From Macrostomum lignano (Eukaryota), in assembly GCA_002269645.1 (NCBI GenBank), contig NIVC01000266.1, positions 124,001 through 188,000 on the forward strand: a stretch of DNA of 64,000 nt, written 5' to 3'. This document shows, piece by piece, positions 40,877 through 52,800 of this stretch; the first letter of the stretch is position 1; the number at the start of each line of letters is the position of its first letter. Position numbers and translations under genes: made by a program. Below the pieces are notes generated by a model. That model was not told the origin of the DNA, did not search any database, and saw only the letters and a list, made by a program, of their open reading frames with translations.

Positions 40877-41624
40877 ATGTCTTCGTCATGGACAGTCTCA
40901 ATTCTGGTGGTGGCCACCGCTCTGGCGGTGCTCCTGCTCGAGCCATCGGAAGCCCACTCGGTGAACAGAGTGCACAAAGTCTTTGCCTGTCAGCGGCCCA
41001 TGCGGATGATCGCCTTCAAAAAGATCGGTGGCATCCCGAAGGTGGCCTTGCTGCAGTACAAACTAATCGACGACCACTGCGAGAAAGTGCAGACGGTGCC
41101 TAGAAGCACAGATGAGTGAGTGCTCAAGCTTGAGTTGATGATTGAGTTGTAGCACCGATGAGTGAGTGCTCAAGCTTGAGTTAATGATTGAGTTGTAGCA
41201 CGGATGAGTGAGTGCTCAGGCTTGAGTTGATGATTGAGTTGTAGCACCGATGAGTGAGTGCTCAGGCTTGAGTTGTTTTTCTGAAGACGAACGGAGCACT
41301 TTCATGAAAACTCGATCCCATACAGTAGAATCACTTCGATGCACGCGCATGGACAGATGAATGACGCTACACTCGCAATCCGTGCACAGCCTTCTGCTCG
41401 CTTCTTTTTAAGTGTTAAAATCTTCCTTGCCGCACCCCCGCAGCTTCTATGTTACTCAAGATTGCCGGCGGTGCGAGCGGAGCAGCAGCGGCCGATGGAG
41501 CTGCTCTAAGATCAGAGACCAGGCCGAGGGCGCGGACAAGAAGTCCAACTGCCGCAGCGTGCTTGGGCCCGACTGCAGGCCGTACCTGGTCAGCAAGAAT
41601 GACGATGAAAAACCCTGCGTCTGA
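40877..41624 (+). CDS. Small secreted Cys-rich protein, beta-microseminoprotein (PSP94)-like, about 139 aa; exons 40877-41115 and 41444-41624
   Basis: Signal peptide MSSSWTVSILVVATALAVLLLEPSEA; GA|gtgagt...cccgcag|C join. The C-terminus TQDCRRCERSSSGRWSCSKIRDQAEGADKKSNCRSVLGPDCRPYLVSKNDDEKPCV parallels the MSMB pattern TDNCETC...SC...GYDKDNC...DCKYIVVEKKDPKKTC. AATAAA at about 41786. Confidence 0.75.
41111..41275. repeat. 46-bp tandem repeat (about 3.6 copies) starting at the exon 1 donor of the secreted gene
   Basis: gatgagtgagtgctcaagcttgagttgatgattgagttgtagcacc repeated. Confidence 0.9.
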
Positions 41625-42098
41625 GCACCCGGAGCTGACAGAATTTGGCGTGCGATGACCATTTGATGAACAATATTTTATATTTTGATTTGGTGACAGG
41701 GCGTTCGATTTCCGATCAGCAATGCATGTACTATTATAACACCATTCAGTTTGCGCCAAAGAACACTGATGATGGAACGGGTTCAATAAAGGTTCAAGGC
41801 TTGCGGCAACTGAACATGCCCGGTTTCGGATGCTTTTCTTGAGCACACTTTGAAGTACACTAACTTTCACCCCAACCAAAAGTACATTCAACTCCAACCA
41901 CCACTTCGAAAATACCAACAGACACGTAAATAGCAGTAATTTGCAGCAGTCTAATAGTGCACAATAAGAACAGACAAATGATTTAATTTGTATACAGCTT
42001 ATTAGTAATTTAATTAGATTCGATATGACAGAATGTATAAAACAAAAGATGAGAATGAAAGAATTAACCCTGATCTAATAAACACCAGCCCTATACTA

Positions 42099-42333
42099 TT
42101 AAACCCTAACCTAAGCCCGTAAACCCTAACCTGAGCCCTTATACCCTAACCTAAGCTCTTAAACCCTAACCTAAGCTCTTAAACCCTAACCTAAGCTCTT
42201 AAACCCTAACCTAAGCTCTTAAACCCTAACCTGAACCCTTAAACCCTAACCTAAGCCCTTAAACCCTAACCTAAGCCCGTTAACCCTAACCTAAGCCCTT
42301 AAACCCTAACCTAAGCCCGTAAACCCTAGCCCT
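42099..42333. repeat. 20-bp telomere-like satellite (ttaaaccctaacctaagctc), about 12 copies
   Basis: The reverse complement contains adjacent TTAGG and TTAGGG. Confidence 0.9.
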
Positions 42334-42383
42334 ATCAAAAATGGCTACAGTGAAATGGCTGGCAATTAACTGGCGCGCTCCCC

Positions 42384-44479
42384 TCATTGTGGCAGCTGTT
42401 GAGTTCGCACAACAACAGTCTGAGCCACATCAAGCGGGCACAGCTGGCACAGTTCCGGCTCATTCTCCTCTTGTTCCAGCGGCGCTGCATCCGGTTCCAG
42501 CTGGCACCGGCCGCTAGCCAGGTGTCGCCTGGCGGCCGACCTGGTCGCGAACAGTCTTGAACAGCCGGCCGGGCACAGGTGAATTCGCTGTCCGACCAGG
42601 TGTCCGGCTACGTGCCGCCTGACGGCCAGATGATCGGCGAAGGTCCGCTGACAGAGGCAGCAGCGCCAGCAGGCGGCGGCGCAGTGCACCTCGGAGGCGA
42701 GATGGCGCAGCAACGGCGCCAAGTCGGAGTGAAAGGCGGCGGCAGGCGGCGGGCAGAGGCGGCAGCGCTGGAGGCGGACAGAGTCCGGGCCGGAGCTCAG
42801 AGTGATGGAGCTGGTGTGGCTGGCCAGCATGTGCTGCTGCAGCTCTGTGGGGCGCAGCGGAGGGGGGGGGATGATGGAGGCAGAGTTATTGCGACTTCCC
42901 ACTTTCGGAAGAAGTCGGGTCTTTTACTGAATGGAATTATTGAATTTCTCAGGAGGGAATCCGCGATTTTCCTTTGGGGAATTTTTCTGTCTCAGGGAGG
43001 GAATTCCTCCCTCTAAGAAGGGAGTTCTTAAGTTTTTTAGGACGGAATTTACAGCTCCTTAGGAGGGAATTCCCCACTTTCTCAGGAGGGAATCTTTTAC
43101 TTTGTCAGGAGGGAATTCCCTACTTTGTAAGCAGGGAATTCCTCTGTCGCATGAGGGACATTTTGTGAGGGACATTTGAGAAATTTTCTCAAGAGGGGAC
43201 TGTTCACTGTCTCATGAAAGAGTTGTTTACTTTCCCAGGAGGGAATTTTTGTTAACCCACTGCCTCAGGAAGGGAATTCCACACTTTAAGGAGGGAATTT
43301 ACAGTTCCTTAGGATTAAATTCCTTATTTCTCAGGAGGGAATTCCTAACTTTCTCAGAAGGGAATTCCTCACTGTCTTGTGAAGGAATTATTTACTTTCT
43401 AAGGAGGGAATCTATCAATTTCTCAAGGGGGAATTCCTTACTTTTTCAAGAGGGAATTCCTAACTTTTTCAAGAGGGAATTCATCACTTTCTCAGGAGGG
43501 AATCCATCAATTTCTCAAGGGGGAATTCCTTACTTTTTCAAGAGGGAATTCCTCACTTTTTAAGAGGGAATTCGTCACTGTCGGAGAACTCAGACTTTAT
43601 CAACTTGAATTACAAGCTCGCGAGACAGAGCCATTTCTCACCTTCAACAGACGGGAAGTCCAGTTGGCAGGCCAGACAGGCGCCGGCAACGACGCTGCAA
43701 TGCGCGCTAATCAAATGGCGCCGGAGCGCCGACAATCCGAACATGGCGCGCTTGCAGACAAAGCAGCGCACGCCAGTCTGCTTGGTCGGCGCCAGACAGC
43801 GCGCAGTGGAGCCAGCGTGCTGCGCCAAGCCAGCCGGGGTGGCGAACCCGGTCAGACACCGGTGGCACCGGTGCGGCCGCCGGTCCGTGTGCTGCAGCTG
43901 GTGCTGGCGGAGCTGCCGTTCCAATCGGAATCGACGCAAACAGACCCGGCATTCCCAGAGACGACCGTCAGTAGCCGGCGGCATTCTTTTGGTTGCCATG
44001 GCAACCGAATTGGCCGAAGGATCCGACGAACCGGGCAGAGTCGCCTCGTGCAGAGCGGCGGCATGCTTTCGAAGGTGCTGCCGAGTTTTGAACAGCTTGC
44101 CGCAGGCCAGGCACTCGAACGGCCGGTCCAGGCCCGCCCGGGTGTGCCGCAGGCGGTGATGCTTCTGCAGGTTGTAGCGGTGGCGAAATGACCGGCCGCA
44201 CTGCGGACAGCAGATCGACGGCTCATGGTCGGCGCCGGCGGTGTCGGCTGGGCTGGCGGCGGCGGCGACGGCCGATCGAAGGCGGATGAGGGCGGGTGCC
44301 AGCGGCTGCGGCTGCGTCAGGGCGGCGTCCTGCTCGGCCTGCGGCAGGCCGGGCCACAGCAGCTGGCTGCCGTATTCGCCGAGGAGCTCCGGGCAGCAGT
44401 GGAGGGTGTCGAGGTGCACCGGTGCGGCGGACGAGCTGCCGCCAATTACAGCGCGCAGAGGCTGCGGATGAAGTGCCAT
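42384..44479 (-). CDS. Multi-C2H2 zinc-finger protein, about 432 aa; exons 44479-43642 and 42844-42384
   Basis: About 9 fingers, e.g. CPQCGRSFRHRYNLQKHHRLRH and CLACGKLFKTRQHLRKHAAALH. The splice G|gtgaga...ccccacag|AG rebuilds a canonical finger across the junction (CLACQLDFPSVE-ELQQHMLASH). Confidence 0.85.
42945..43585. repeat. Degenerate (tctcaggagggaattcc...) array filling the zinc-finger gene intron
   Basis: Recurring gggaattcc core about every 20-40 bp. Confidence 0.8.
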
Positions 44480-44764
44480 AGCAACAGAGAGAAAATATAA
44501 ACAGAGCTTATCGAACGCGGGTGGTAATTTTGGTTGCCATAGCAACGGAAATTATTGAAAAAGCTTCCTATCTATAAATATTTTCTTCAGTTGTGGCTGC
44601 CATGGAGATTCGAATCGAGACAATTGTTAAAAAGTTTATTTAGTACCTTTTCGGGATTCTTTTCGTTGCTATGACAACAAAAAGTCGCTATAGATACGCT
44701 AAGAAAAAAGAGAAAGAAATGCGGTTGTTTCAGCTATGATTTTTAAATCTGTTGCCATGGAAAC
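44473..44764. promoter_or_regulatory. Cluster of RFX X-box motifs at and upstream of the zinc-finger start
   Basis: gtgccatagcaac 44473, gttgccatagcaac 44533, gttgctatgacaac 44665, gttgccatggaaac 44751; weaker gctgccatggagat 44596. Confidence 0.7.
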
Positions 44765-45385
44765 GCGTGTTACTACTATTCAAATAAAAATATTAAACAC
44801 AAATAAAGCCAGAATTCATCATCCTCTATATAAGACAGCACAAACAATATTATTCGCCGAAAACAGCTTAATTTACAATGGCGAACGATTAATACGACAG
44901 TGACACTGTAAACCTGGGATCTGGCATTCAGGGGGGGGGGGGCGAGGGTACTTTTGAAAACATCACACAATAGCAATCCGGCCCGCTTACGGCTTCTACT
45001 CAGTTCTCTTGTCTTATCTTAAGTTTGTCGAGTTGACCCCTTCTGTAAAGCTAGCGCAATAATAGCCTTTAATGTAACGGAGCTTTCGTCTATGGTAGCA
45101 CAGCGGCATTTAACTTGGTCCATACGCTCGTAGCTTCATTTGCAACTGCTGCGGAGTAGCAAGATCAGCCCCACAATTGTGGACCATATGCTAGGCTGTC
45201 GAACGAATGCCATTGGCTTGTGATCGAAGCACTGAACAGAGGTGAACACCCTGCTGAATGTAAAAGATGGTTTACAGCATCCATCAGCGCGTTGAAACCA
45301 CTGCCGGCAGAGATCGTCTGCGAAGGCGTGGCAATCGCCAAGGCAAGTTGCGAGAGCCTCAGGTCCAACTGCTACTCGATGCAGT

Positions 45386-45655
45386 GTTGATGCTTGATGC
45401 TTGATGGACCAAATTGATGCTTGATGGACCAAATTGATGCTTGATGGACCAAATTGATGCTTGATGGACCAAATTGATGCTTGTTGGACCAAATTGATGC
45501 TTGATGGACCAAATTGATGCTTGATGGACCAAATTGATGCTTGTTGGACCAAATTGATGCTTGATGGACCAAATTGATGCTTGTTGGACCAAATTGATGC
45601 TTGATGGACCAAATTGATGCTTGTTGGACCAAATTGATGCTTGTTGGACCAAATT
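45386..45655. repeat. 20-bp minisatellite (gatgcttgatggaccaaatt)
   Basis: About 13 units, inside an inverted-repeat pair (45071-45122 / 45645-45705). Confidence 0.95.
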
Positions 45656-46130
45656 AAATGCCGCTGTGCCAACCTTGCTACCATAGACGAAAGCTCCATT
45701 ACATTGGCAAGCCTATCCTGGATTAAATTTAATGCGCGCAGGCCCAAATGGGCTGCAAAAAGCTATATTAGTTTGATGATGGAGAATTATATATGGAGGA
45801 CTACTAGAGCTCATGAGCAAACTTGTACTTAGTAAAATGTACAATGTCAAACTAAGAGAACACAGCCAAATGACAGGAGATGTATGCATATATAGTAAGG
45901 CGAGATAATCGCATACGAGAGGGGCATCCCAAAAGTCCGCTCAGTAACCACTGACTTTTACCATAGACGAATAATGAGAGAAGCGCACACCAATATTTTC
46001 ATATGCAGAGTTTTACACAGTCTAATTTTCAAAGACATGGCGCGATTTGTTTTTTCACTCTTGTAAAACAAGTTCTCGCGTGATTGCAGCCAAAGGATGC
46101 CAATTTGAAGGACTGCGGAGCCCTGTACAA

Positions 46131-46373
46131 GGGGTTGCAGCCTAGTGGTTAGGAGTCACTCACGACTGAAAGGAACTGTATTTGTGTCCTTGAGCAAGAA
46201 AGACAATTAACTCTGCATTGCTTCAGTTCACCCAGCTGTAAAATGGGTGCCAGCATTAGCTGGGGTAATTGAGGGTGTGTGGCGACCCCCCCCCCCCCCA
46301 GTCCTTGGACTGAAAAGCTGTTCACAGTCTTCAGATGCGCCGCGCAATAGCTGCGGCTGAGCTGTCGGTTGCA
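46131..46373 (+). mobile_element. CORE-type SINE family B, copy lacking the B box
   Basis: Matches the reverse complement of 29231-29491 apart from a deletion in the tRNA head. Confidence 0.75.
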
Positions 46374-46830
46374 AATCTAATTGTCATTATTAGAGTTGCT
46401 TCCAGTTATTTTTAAAGAGTTACCAAACGGACTTTTGGTATGCCCTCGTAATTAAATAATTAGTAACTTGTAGAAATTTCGAACAGGTTAAAATTTCGAT
46501 TGCACGATAGTGGAAATCAACAAATCAGAAATCAATTAATTAATTAATAGTTAATACCAAAGGTCATATATACACACGATGGGCCACTTATTAACCGCTT
46601 ATGTGGCCATAGAAACCAAAATGAAAAATTTTGCAACTCGAAAACACCCTGAAAAAATCAACTACTGAACTCAATTTCGTCAGTAGTCTCTGCAGTGCAT
46701 GCATTATTCTTAGTTTGATTGAGTAGCTTTTTATTAAATTCATGAAAAGTTCAAAGTGGCCTATCTAGGGAATGTAAGATCTATGGTTAATACGCGCTGT
46801 ACTTAATTCCGCTTTCTAATAGTATCCATA

Positions 46831-49800
46831 TTAGCTAACAGCAGCAGCGGCCGCTGGCTCAAAGCTGCAGATCACTGAGAACAGATCGCCGCCCAGCCTG
46901 TCAGCCAGCCAGGCATTCTTGAGCACAGCCAATTTCAGACAATCGCAGGAGAACTTGGCGTACAAATTGGTGTGCACAGCCCGGCCCATGCCTTCGATCA
47001 CCACCAGGTCGACTTGTTCCTGCCGGCAGGCGTCGGCAACTTCAACGCTGACGTAGCGCAGATCCAGACAGGGCGACGAGCTGCCTGTGCCAGCCAGGAG
47101 AAGCCGGCCGCTGCTCAGGGCGTCCGCTACGCGAGGCACAAAACTGCCAACACGCCGGATTAGGGCGCGCAGTTCGAAGATGGTGACGTCATTCAGGGCC
47201 GGGCCGTGATTGGCTGCCAGGATTACCTGCAGCGTTAAAGGGAGATTGCTGCGGTAGAGCGGTTGATTTGTGAGGTAGATTGAAGACCGATATATTGCTT
47301 TAGTAGAGTGGCGAGGTATCTTACTGTGGTAGGGTGGTGAGGTAGCTTACTGTAGTAGGGTGGTGAGGTAGCTTACTGTAGTAGGGGGGTGAGGTAGCTT
47401 ACTGTAGTAGGGTGGTGAGGTAGCTTACTGTAGTAGGGTGGTGAGGTAGATAGCTGTGGTAGGGTGGTGAGGTAGCTTACTGTGGTAGAGTGGTGAGGTA
47501 GCTTACTGTAGTAGGGTGGTTGGGTAGATAGCTGTGGTAGGGTGGTGAGGTAGATAGCTGTTGCAGAGTAGGGCGGTAGTCAGGAAAAGTAGACTGGGTC
47601 TGTTGTAAAAACCTTGACTCCTCTATCCAGCAGGTCGATGGCAAAGGGCAGCACTCCCAGCAGCAGGTCGCAGCCGCTGTTATCCACGAACACGATAGCG
47701 CAGGTGTACACCCCAGCCTTCAGTCGGCTGGTCCAAGCGTCCAGATCGTCAACAAGCCAGGGCCGGGGCTGCAGCTGCTCCATGGCTTCGTTCAGGCCAA
47801 ACTGCTTGCCGCGCTCGGCCAATAGCTCGGCCACTCGGCCGGCGCCCCAGTCGAACACGTTGCCGCCTAGCAACCCGCGGATTAGCGCGGCGGGCAAGTC
47901 GGCCGATGGCAGGCTGGCCAAGTGGCTCAGCCGGCTCTGCAGGCCGCCGAGGGCCACTTCGTTCTCTTCGCGTTTCAACTCCCAGAAGGGATCCGGGAAG
48001 CCGGACTCGCGTAGGCAGTGCTCCTGCGTTGCCGTGGGAATATTATTGGCGTCAGGATCTCAGCGCTTCACTTCTGACATTAACTCCATCCTTCCTGTAG
48101 CTAGCCCAGGCTATTCTCCATAGCCCAGGCTATCCACCCACTTCCCGAATCCCATTCTCCCACTCATTTCAAATCCCATTCTCCCATCCACTTCCCGAAT
48201 CCCATTCTCCCATTAACTTCCCGAATCTCATTCTCCCACCCACTTCCCGAATCCCATTCTCCCACTCACCTCAAATCCCATTCTCCCATCCACTTCCCGA
48301 ATCCCATTCTTTCACTCACATCAAATCCCATTCTCCCATCCACTTCCCGAATCCCATTCTCTCATTCACATCTTAAATTCCATGCTCCCATTCACTTCCC
48401 GAATCCCACTCTATCACCCGCACCCTCTAGATAGTCAGGCCTCACCTGCACATCCAGAATCCGCCGAACCGTGAGCTGCCCGAACGCCACGGGATTGGCT
48501 CGGGCCTCCTTAAAAAAGTTCTGATAGGCCAATCGGAAAGCTTCGCCGCGCTCCATCGCGCTGGGACTGTCCGGCTGGCTGAGCACGGCGCGCTGCTGGT
48601 GCCGATCGATCGACGCTTCGAAGCAGTTCAGCCAGTACTCGCGGGCGGACAGGTCCTGAGATGGAGGCGGGTTCAGGCGGGCTGATTGAAATGCGGCCTG
48701 GAATTGCTGGCAAGACTGGCTGCTCGATCTACAGGTGTGGTCTGTAGGACTTGAGCACCTGTAACTGTGTGGTCTGTAGAACTTGAGCACCTGTAACTGT
48801 GTGGTCTGTAGGACTTGAGCACCTGTAACTGTGTGGTCTGTAGGACTTGAGCACCTGTAACTGTGTGGTCTGTAGGACTTGAGCACCTGTAACTGTGTGG
48901 TCTGTAGGACTTGAGCACCTGTAACTGTGTGGTCTGTAGGACTTGAGCACCTGTAACTGTGTGGTCTGTAGGACTTGAGCACCTGTAACTGTGTGGTCTG
49001 TAGGACTTGAGCACCTGTAACTGTGTGGTCTGTAGGACTTGAGCACCTGTAACTGTGTGGTCTGTAGGACTTGAGCACCTGTAACTGTGTGGTCTGTAGG
49101 ACTTGAGCACCTGTAACTGTGTGGTCTGTAGGACTTGAGCATCTGTAACTGTGTGGTCTGTAGGACTTGAGCATCTGTAACTGTGTGGTCTGTAGGACTT
49201 GAGCATCTGTAACTGTGTGGTCTGTAGGACTTGAGCACCTGTAACTGTGTGGTCTGTAGGACTTGAGCATCTGTAACTGTGTGGTCTGTAGGACTTGAGC
49301 ACCTGTAACTGTGTGGTCTGTAGGACTTGAGCATCTGTAACTGTGTGGTCTGTAGGACTTGAGCACCTGTAACTGTGTGGTCTGTAGGTAGGACTTGAGC
49401 ATCTGTAACTGTGTGGTCTGTAGGACTTGAGCACCTGTAACTGTGTGGTCTGTAGGACTTGAGCATCTGTAACTGTGTGGTCTGTAGGACTTGAGCACCT
49501 GTAACTGTGTGGTCTGTAGGTAGGACTTGAGCACCTGTAACTGTGTGGTCTGTAGGACTTGAGCATCTGTAACTGTGTGGTCTGTAGGACTTGAGCACCT
49601 GTAACTGTGTGGTCTGTAGGTAGGACTTGAGCACCTGTAACTGTGTGGTCTGTAGGACTTGAGCATCTGTAACTGTGTGGTCTGTAGGACTTTAGCATCT
49701 GCATATAAAATGTGCAGCAACAGGTGGAACTACCTTACACTTGTATGTTTAAGGGAAATTGTCACGCAACCGGCGAGAGGCATTAGTGCCCATTCCGCGG

Positions 49801-52800
49801 ACTCCCCTGAGCAGGCACGCAAGCGCGCGGATACGTACGCAGTCATACGCACAGGCACACACTCACACAGGTGTACAGCGTCCCTAACTTTACACTAGAC
49901 TACGCCCCCCCCGCCCAGCTACCTGGCTCAAATCCCAGGTGTCAGGCGCATAATCCAGCCGGTCTCGCAGCAGAGGAAAATCCGTGAGCTCTTTCCGCTT
50001 GTCCAGTTCGAGAGCCGCCATGCCCTGCCAGCTGCCGACATCAAACGAACTGCTGGTGCACAGATTCTCAGCCCAGGAGCCGGTTAAGACACCGATTCGC
50101 CTGTCCTTCTCCAGACCGCGAACGAAAGCGCCGATGGCGCCCAGGTAGCCTTCGTGCCTTAGAAAATAGGCTTTGACGCTGCCTTGAGACCAGAAGTTCA
50201 CGCCGTAGGTGAGAGTGCGCATCGTGAGCAGGTGGCCGCGTATGAAGAAGCCGGCAAATACAATTCGCCTGAGCTGGTGCCGGCTGGCGTAGAGAAATGC
50301 CAGCTGGCCAATGTTGTTGCTAACCGTGATCAGCAGGCTGCGGAGCAGGTCGGGCTTGGAGAACTCTTTGCAGTCGGCTCTGCAGGTTTTTAATTGTGCT
50401 TATTAGTGTATTGATATCGTCTGCCGGTATTCGGTCAAGGCCTGAATTGTCGGCACTGACTCAATGTGGGATTCCGAATTGTCCGCATTGACTCAGTGTG
50501 GGATTCTGAATTGTCCGCATTGACTCAGTGTGGGATTCCGAATTGTCCGCATTGACTCAGTGTGGGATTCTGAATTGTCCGCATTGACTCAGTGTGGGAT
50601 TCCGAATTGTCCGCATTGACTCAGTGTGGGATTCCGAATTGTCCGCATTGACTCAGTGTGGGATTCCGAATTGTCCGCATTGACTCAGTGTGGGATTCTG
50701 AATTGTCCGCATTGACTCAGTGTGGGATTCCGAATTGTCCGCATTGACTCAGTGTGGGATTCTGAATTGTCCGCATTGACTCAGTGTGGGATTCCGAATT
50801 GTCCGCATTGACTCAGTGTGGGATTCCGAATTGTCCGCATTGACTCAGTGTGGGATTCCGAATTGTCCGCATTGACTCAGTGTGGGATTCCGAATTGTCC
50901 GCATTGACTCAGTGTGGGATTCCGAATTGTCCGCATTGACTCAGTGTGGGATTCTGAATTGTCCGCATTGACTCAGTGTGGGATTCTGAATTTTCCGCAT
51001 TGACTCAGTGTGGGATTCCGAATTGTCCCCACTGAACCAGTGGGATTCCGAATTGTCCGCACTGAACCAGTGGGATTCCGAATTGTCTGCACTGAACCAG
51101 TGGGATTCCGAATTGTCCGCACTGAACCAGTGGGATTCTGAATTTTCCGCACTGAACCAGTGGGATTCCGAATTTTCCGCACTGAACCAGTGGGATTCCG
51201 AATTTTCCGCACTGAACCAGTGGGATTCCGAATTTTCCGCACTGAACCAGTGGGATTCCGAATTGTCCGCACTGAACCAGTGGGATTCCGAATTGTCCCC
51301 ACTGAACCAGTGGGATTCCGAATTGTCCGCACTGAACCAGTGGGATTCCGAATTGTCTGCACTGAACCAGTGGGATTCCGAATTGTCCCCACTGAACCAG
51401 TGGGATTCTGAATTTTCCGCACTGAACCAGTGGGATTCCGAATTTTCCGCACTGAACCAGTGGGATTCCGAATTGTCCGCACTGAACCAGTGGGATTCCG
51501 AATTGTCCCCACTGAACCAGTGGGATTCCAAATGGTCCGCACTGAACCAGTGGGATTCCGAATTGTCCCCACTGAACCAGTGGGATTCCGAATTGTCCCC
51601 ACTGAACCAGTGGGATTCCGAATTGTCCCCACTGAACCAGTGGGATTCCGAATTGTCCGCACTGAACCAGTGGGATTCCGAATTGTCTGCAGCAACTGTT
51701 TACAATAGAATCTGTTCAACTGCCAAATCAAGCTGCTCCACTCACTTGGACGCCTTGCCAAAGGAAGACGCGATGATGTCGGCCGACAAGCCATGAACGC
51801 TGCTGGCGCTCTCACTGCCGTAGATGTCGCCAACCAGCATGTCAACGTTGCGGTGATCGCCTTGCGAGGCAATTTCAAGCAGTTCATCAAAGTCGGACGT
51901 GCCGGCCAGCAGGGAGCCGAGGCCCCAGAATGTGCCACCGCCAAGGGATGTACCGCCGATTCGAGTGAATGTAGTCTCATTCTCCACCTGGTGACGAGTG
52001 GCAGGGATTCGAGCTGAAGCCGAATATGATCCCCATTGCCGATATAAGTCTAATCTCAGCTGATACGCATTATATCCCAATCTAAACCACACGCCATTGA
52101 TCCCAATCTGAATCCCATGCTATTGATCCCAATCCAAATTCCATGGTCCCAATCCTAACCTAAATCTCATGATCCCCAATCCTAACCTAAATCCCATGAT
52201 CCCCAATCCTAACCTAAATCCCATGATCCCCAATCCTAACCTAAATCCCATGATCCTAAATCCCATGATCCCGAATCTCAACCTAAATCCCATGATCCCA
52301 AATCCCAAGATCCCGAATCCCAACCTAAATCCCATGCTATTAATCCCAGCCCAAATCCTATGATCCAATACAAACCCAAATCTCATAACAGAGCCTGCAC
52401 CATAAAAATTGACCTAGTAGATTGTATTCCCTATAAAAGCAGCAATCAAATGCGTTACCTTGAGCATAGAAACCCCGGAGCCGATATTAACCAATAGGAA
52501 CGGCTCCCCACCGTCCGACAGTTCATCGGCGAAGCAGCACGGCGGGCTGCTGTCGTGCTCATAAGAGAATAGCTCGCCAGGTATGTGCTTGAGCATGAAA
52601 GCGCAGCCTCTGACAAGGCAGGTCATCTCGTCCTCTTTCTCAACCACGCAGCCGAGCTTGGCCTCGATCGCCAATCTGTACTTGTGGGCGCCGCCGCCTG
52701 TGACGCGAAGCGGAGAATTTCTTAGGATCTCCAAGCCTCTGCCGTCAGAGCCCTGAGAAGGGGGTAGCGCTTAATTTGTTAGGCAATATTTTTATGATCA

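Noticed and set aside
41645-41842. 65-aa ORF just after the secreted gene
   Set aside because: Non-ATG start by the track, overlaps the probable 3' UTR and AATAAA, and has no recognisable domain.
43610-44545. ORF-track ends of the zinc-finger ORF (TTG start at 44545, stop at 43610) and separate 172-aa ORF 42384..42902
   Set aside because: Better explained as two exons of one gene starting at ATG 44479, because the splice rebuilds a canonical finger.
48392-49720. 442-aa ORF and its 343- and 301-aa companions
   Set aside because: Read-through of the stop-free 32-bp intronic array. Only 48655-48446 is a real PANK4 exon, defined by homology and splice sites.
50440-51690. CRISPR-like appearance of the 30-36-bp arrays (here and elsewhere)
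   Set aside because: Units are directly adjacent with no unique spacers, there are no cas genes, and the context is eukaryotic introns.
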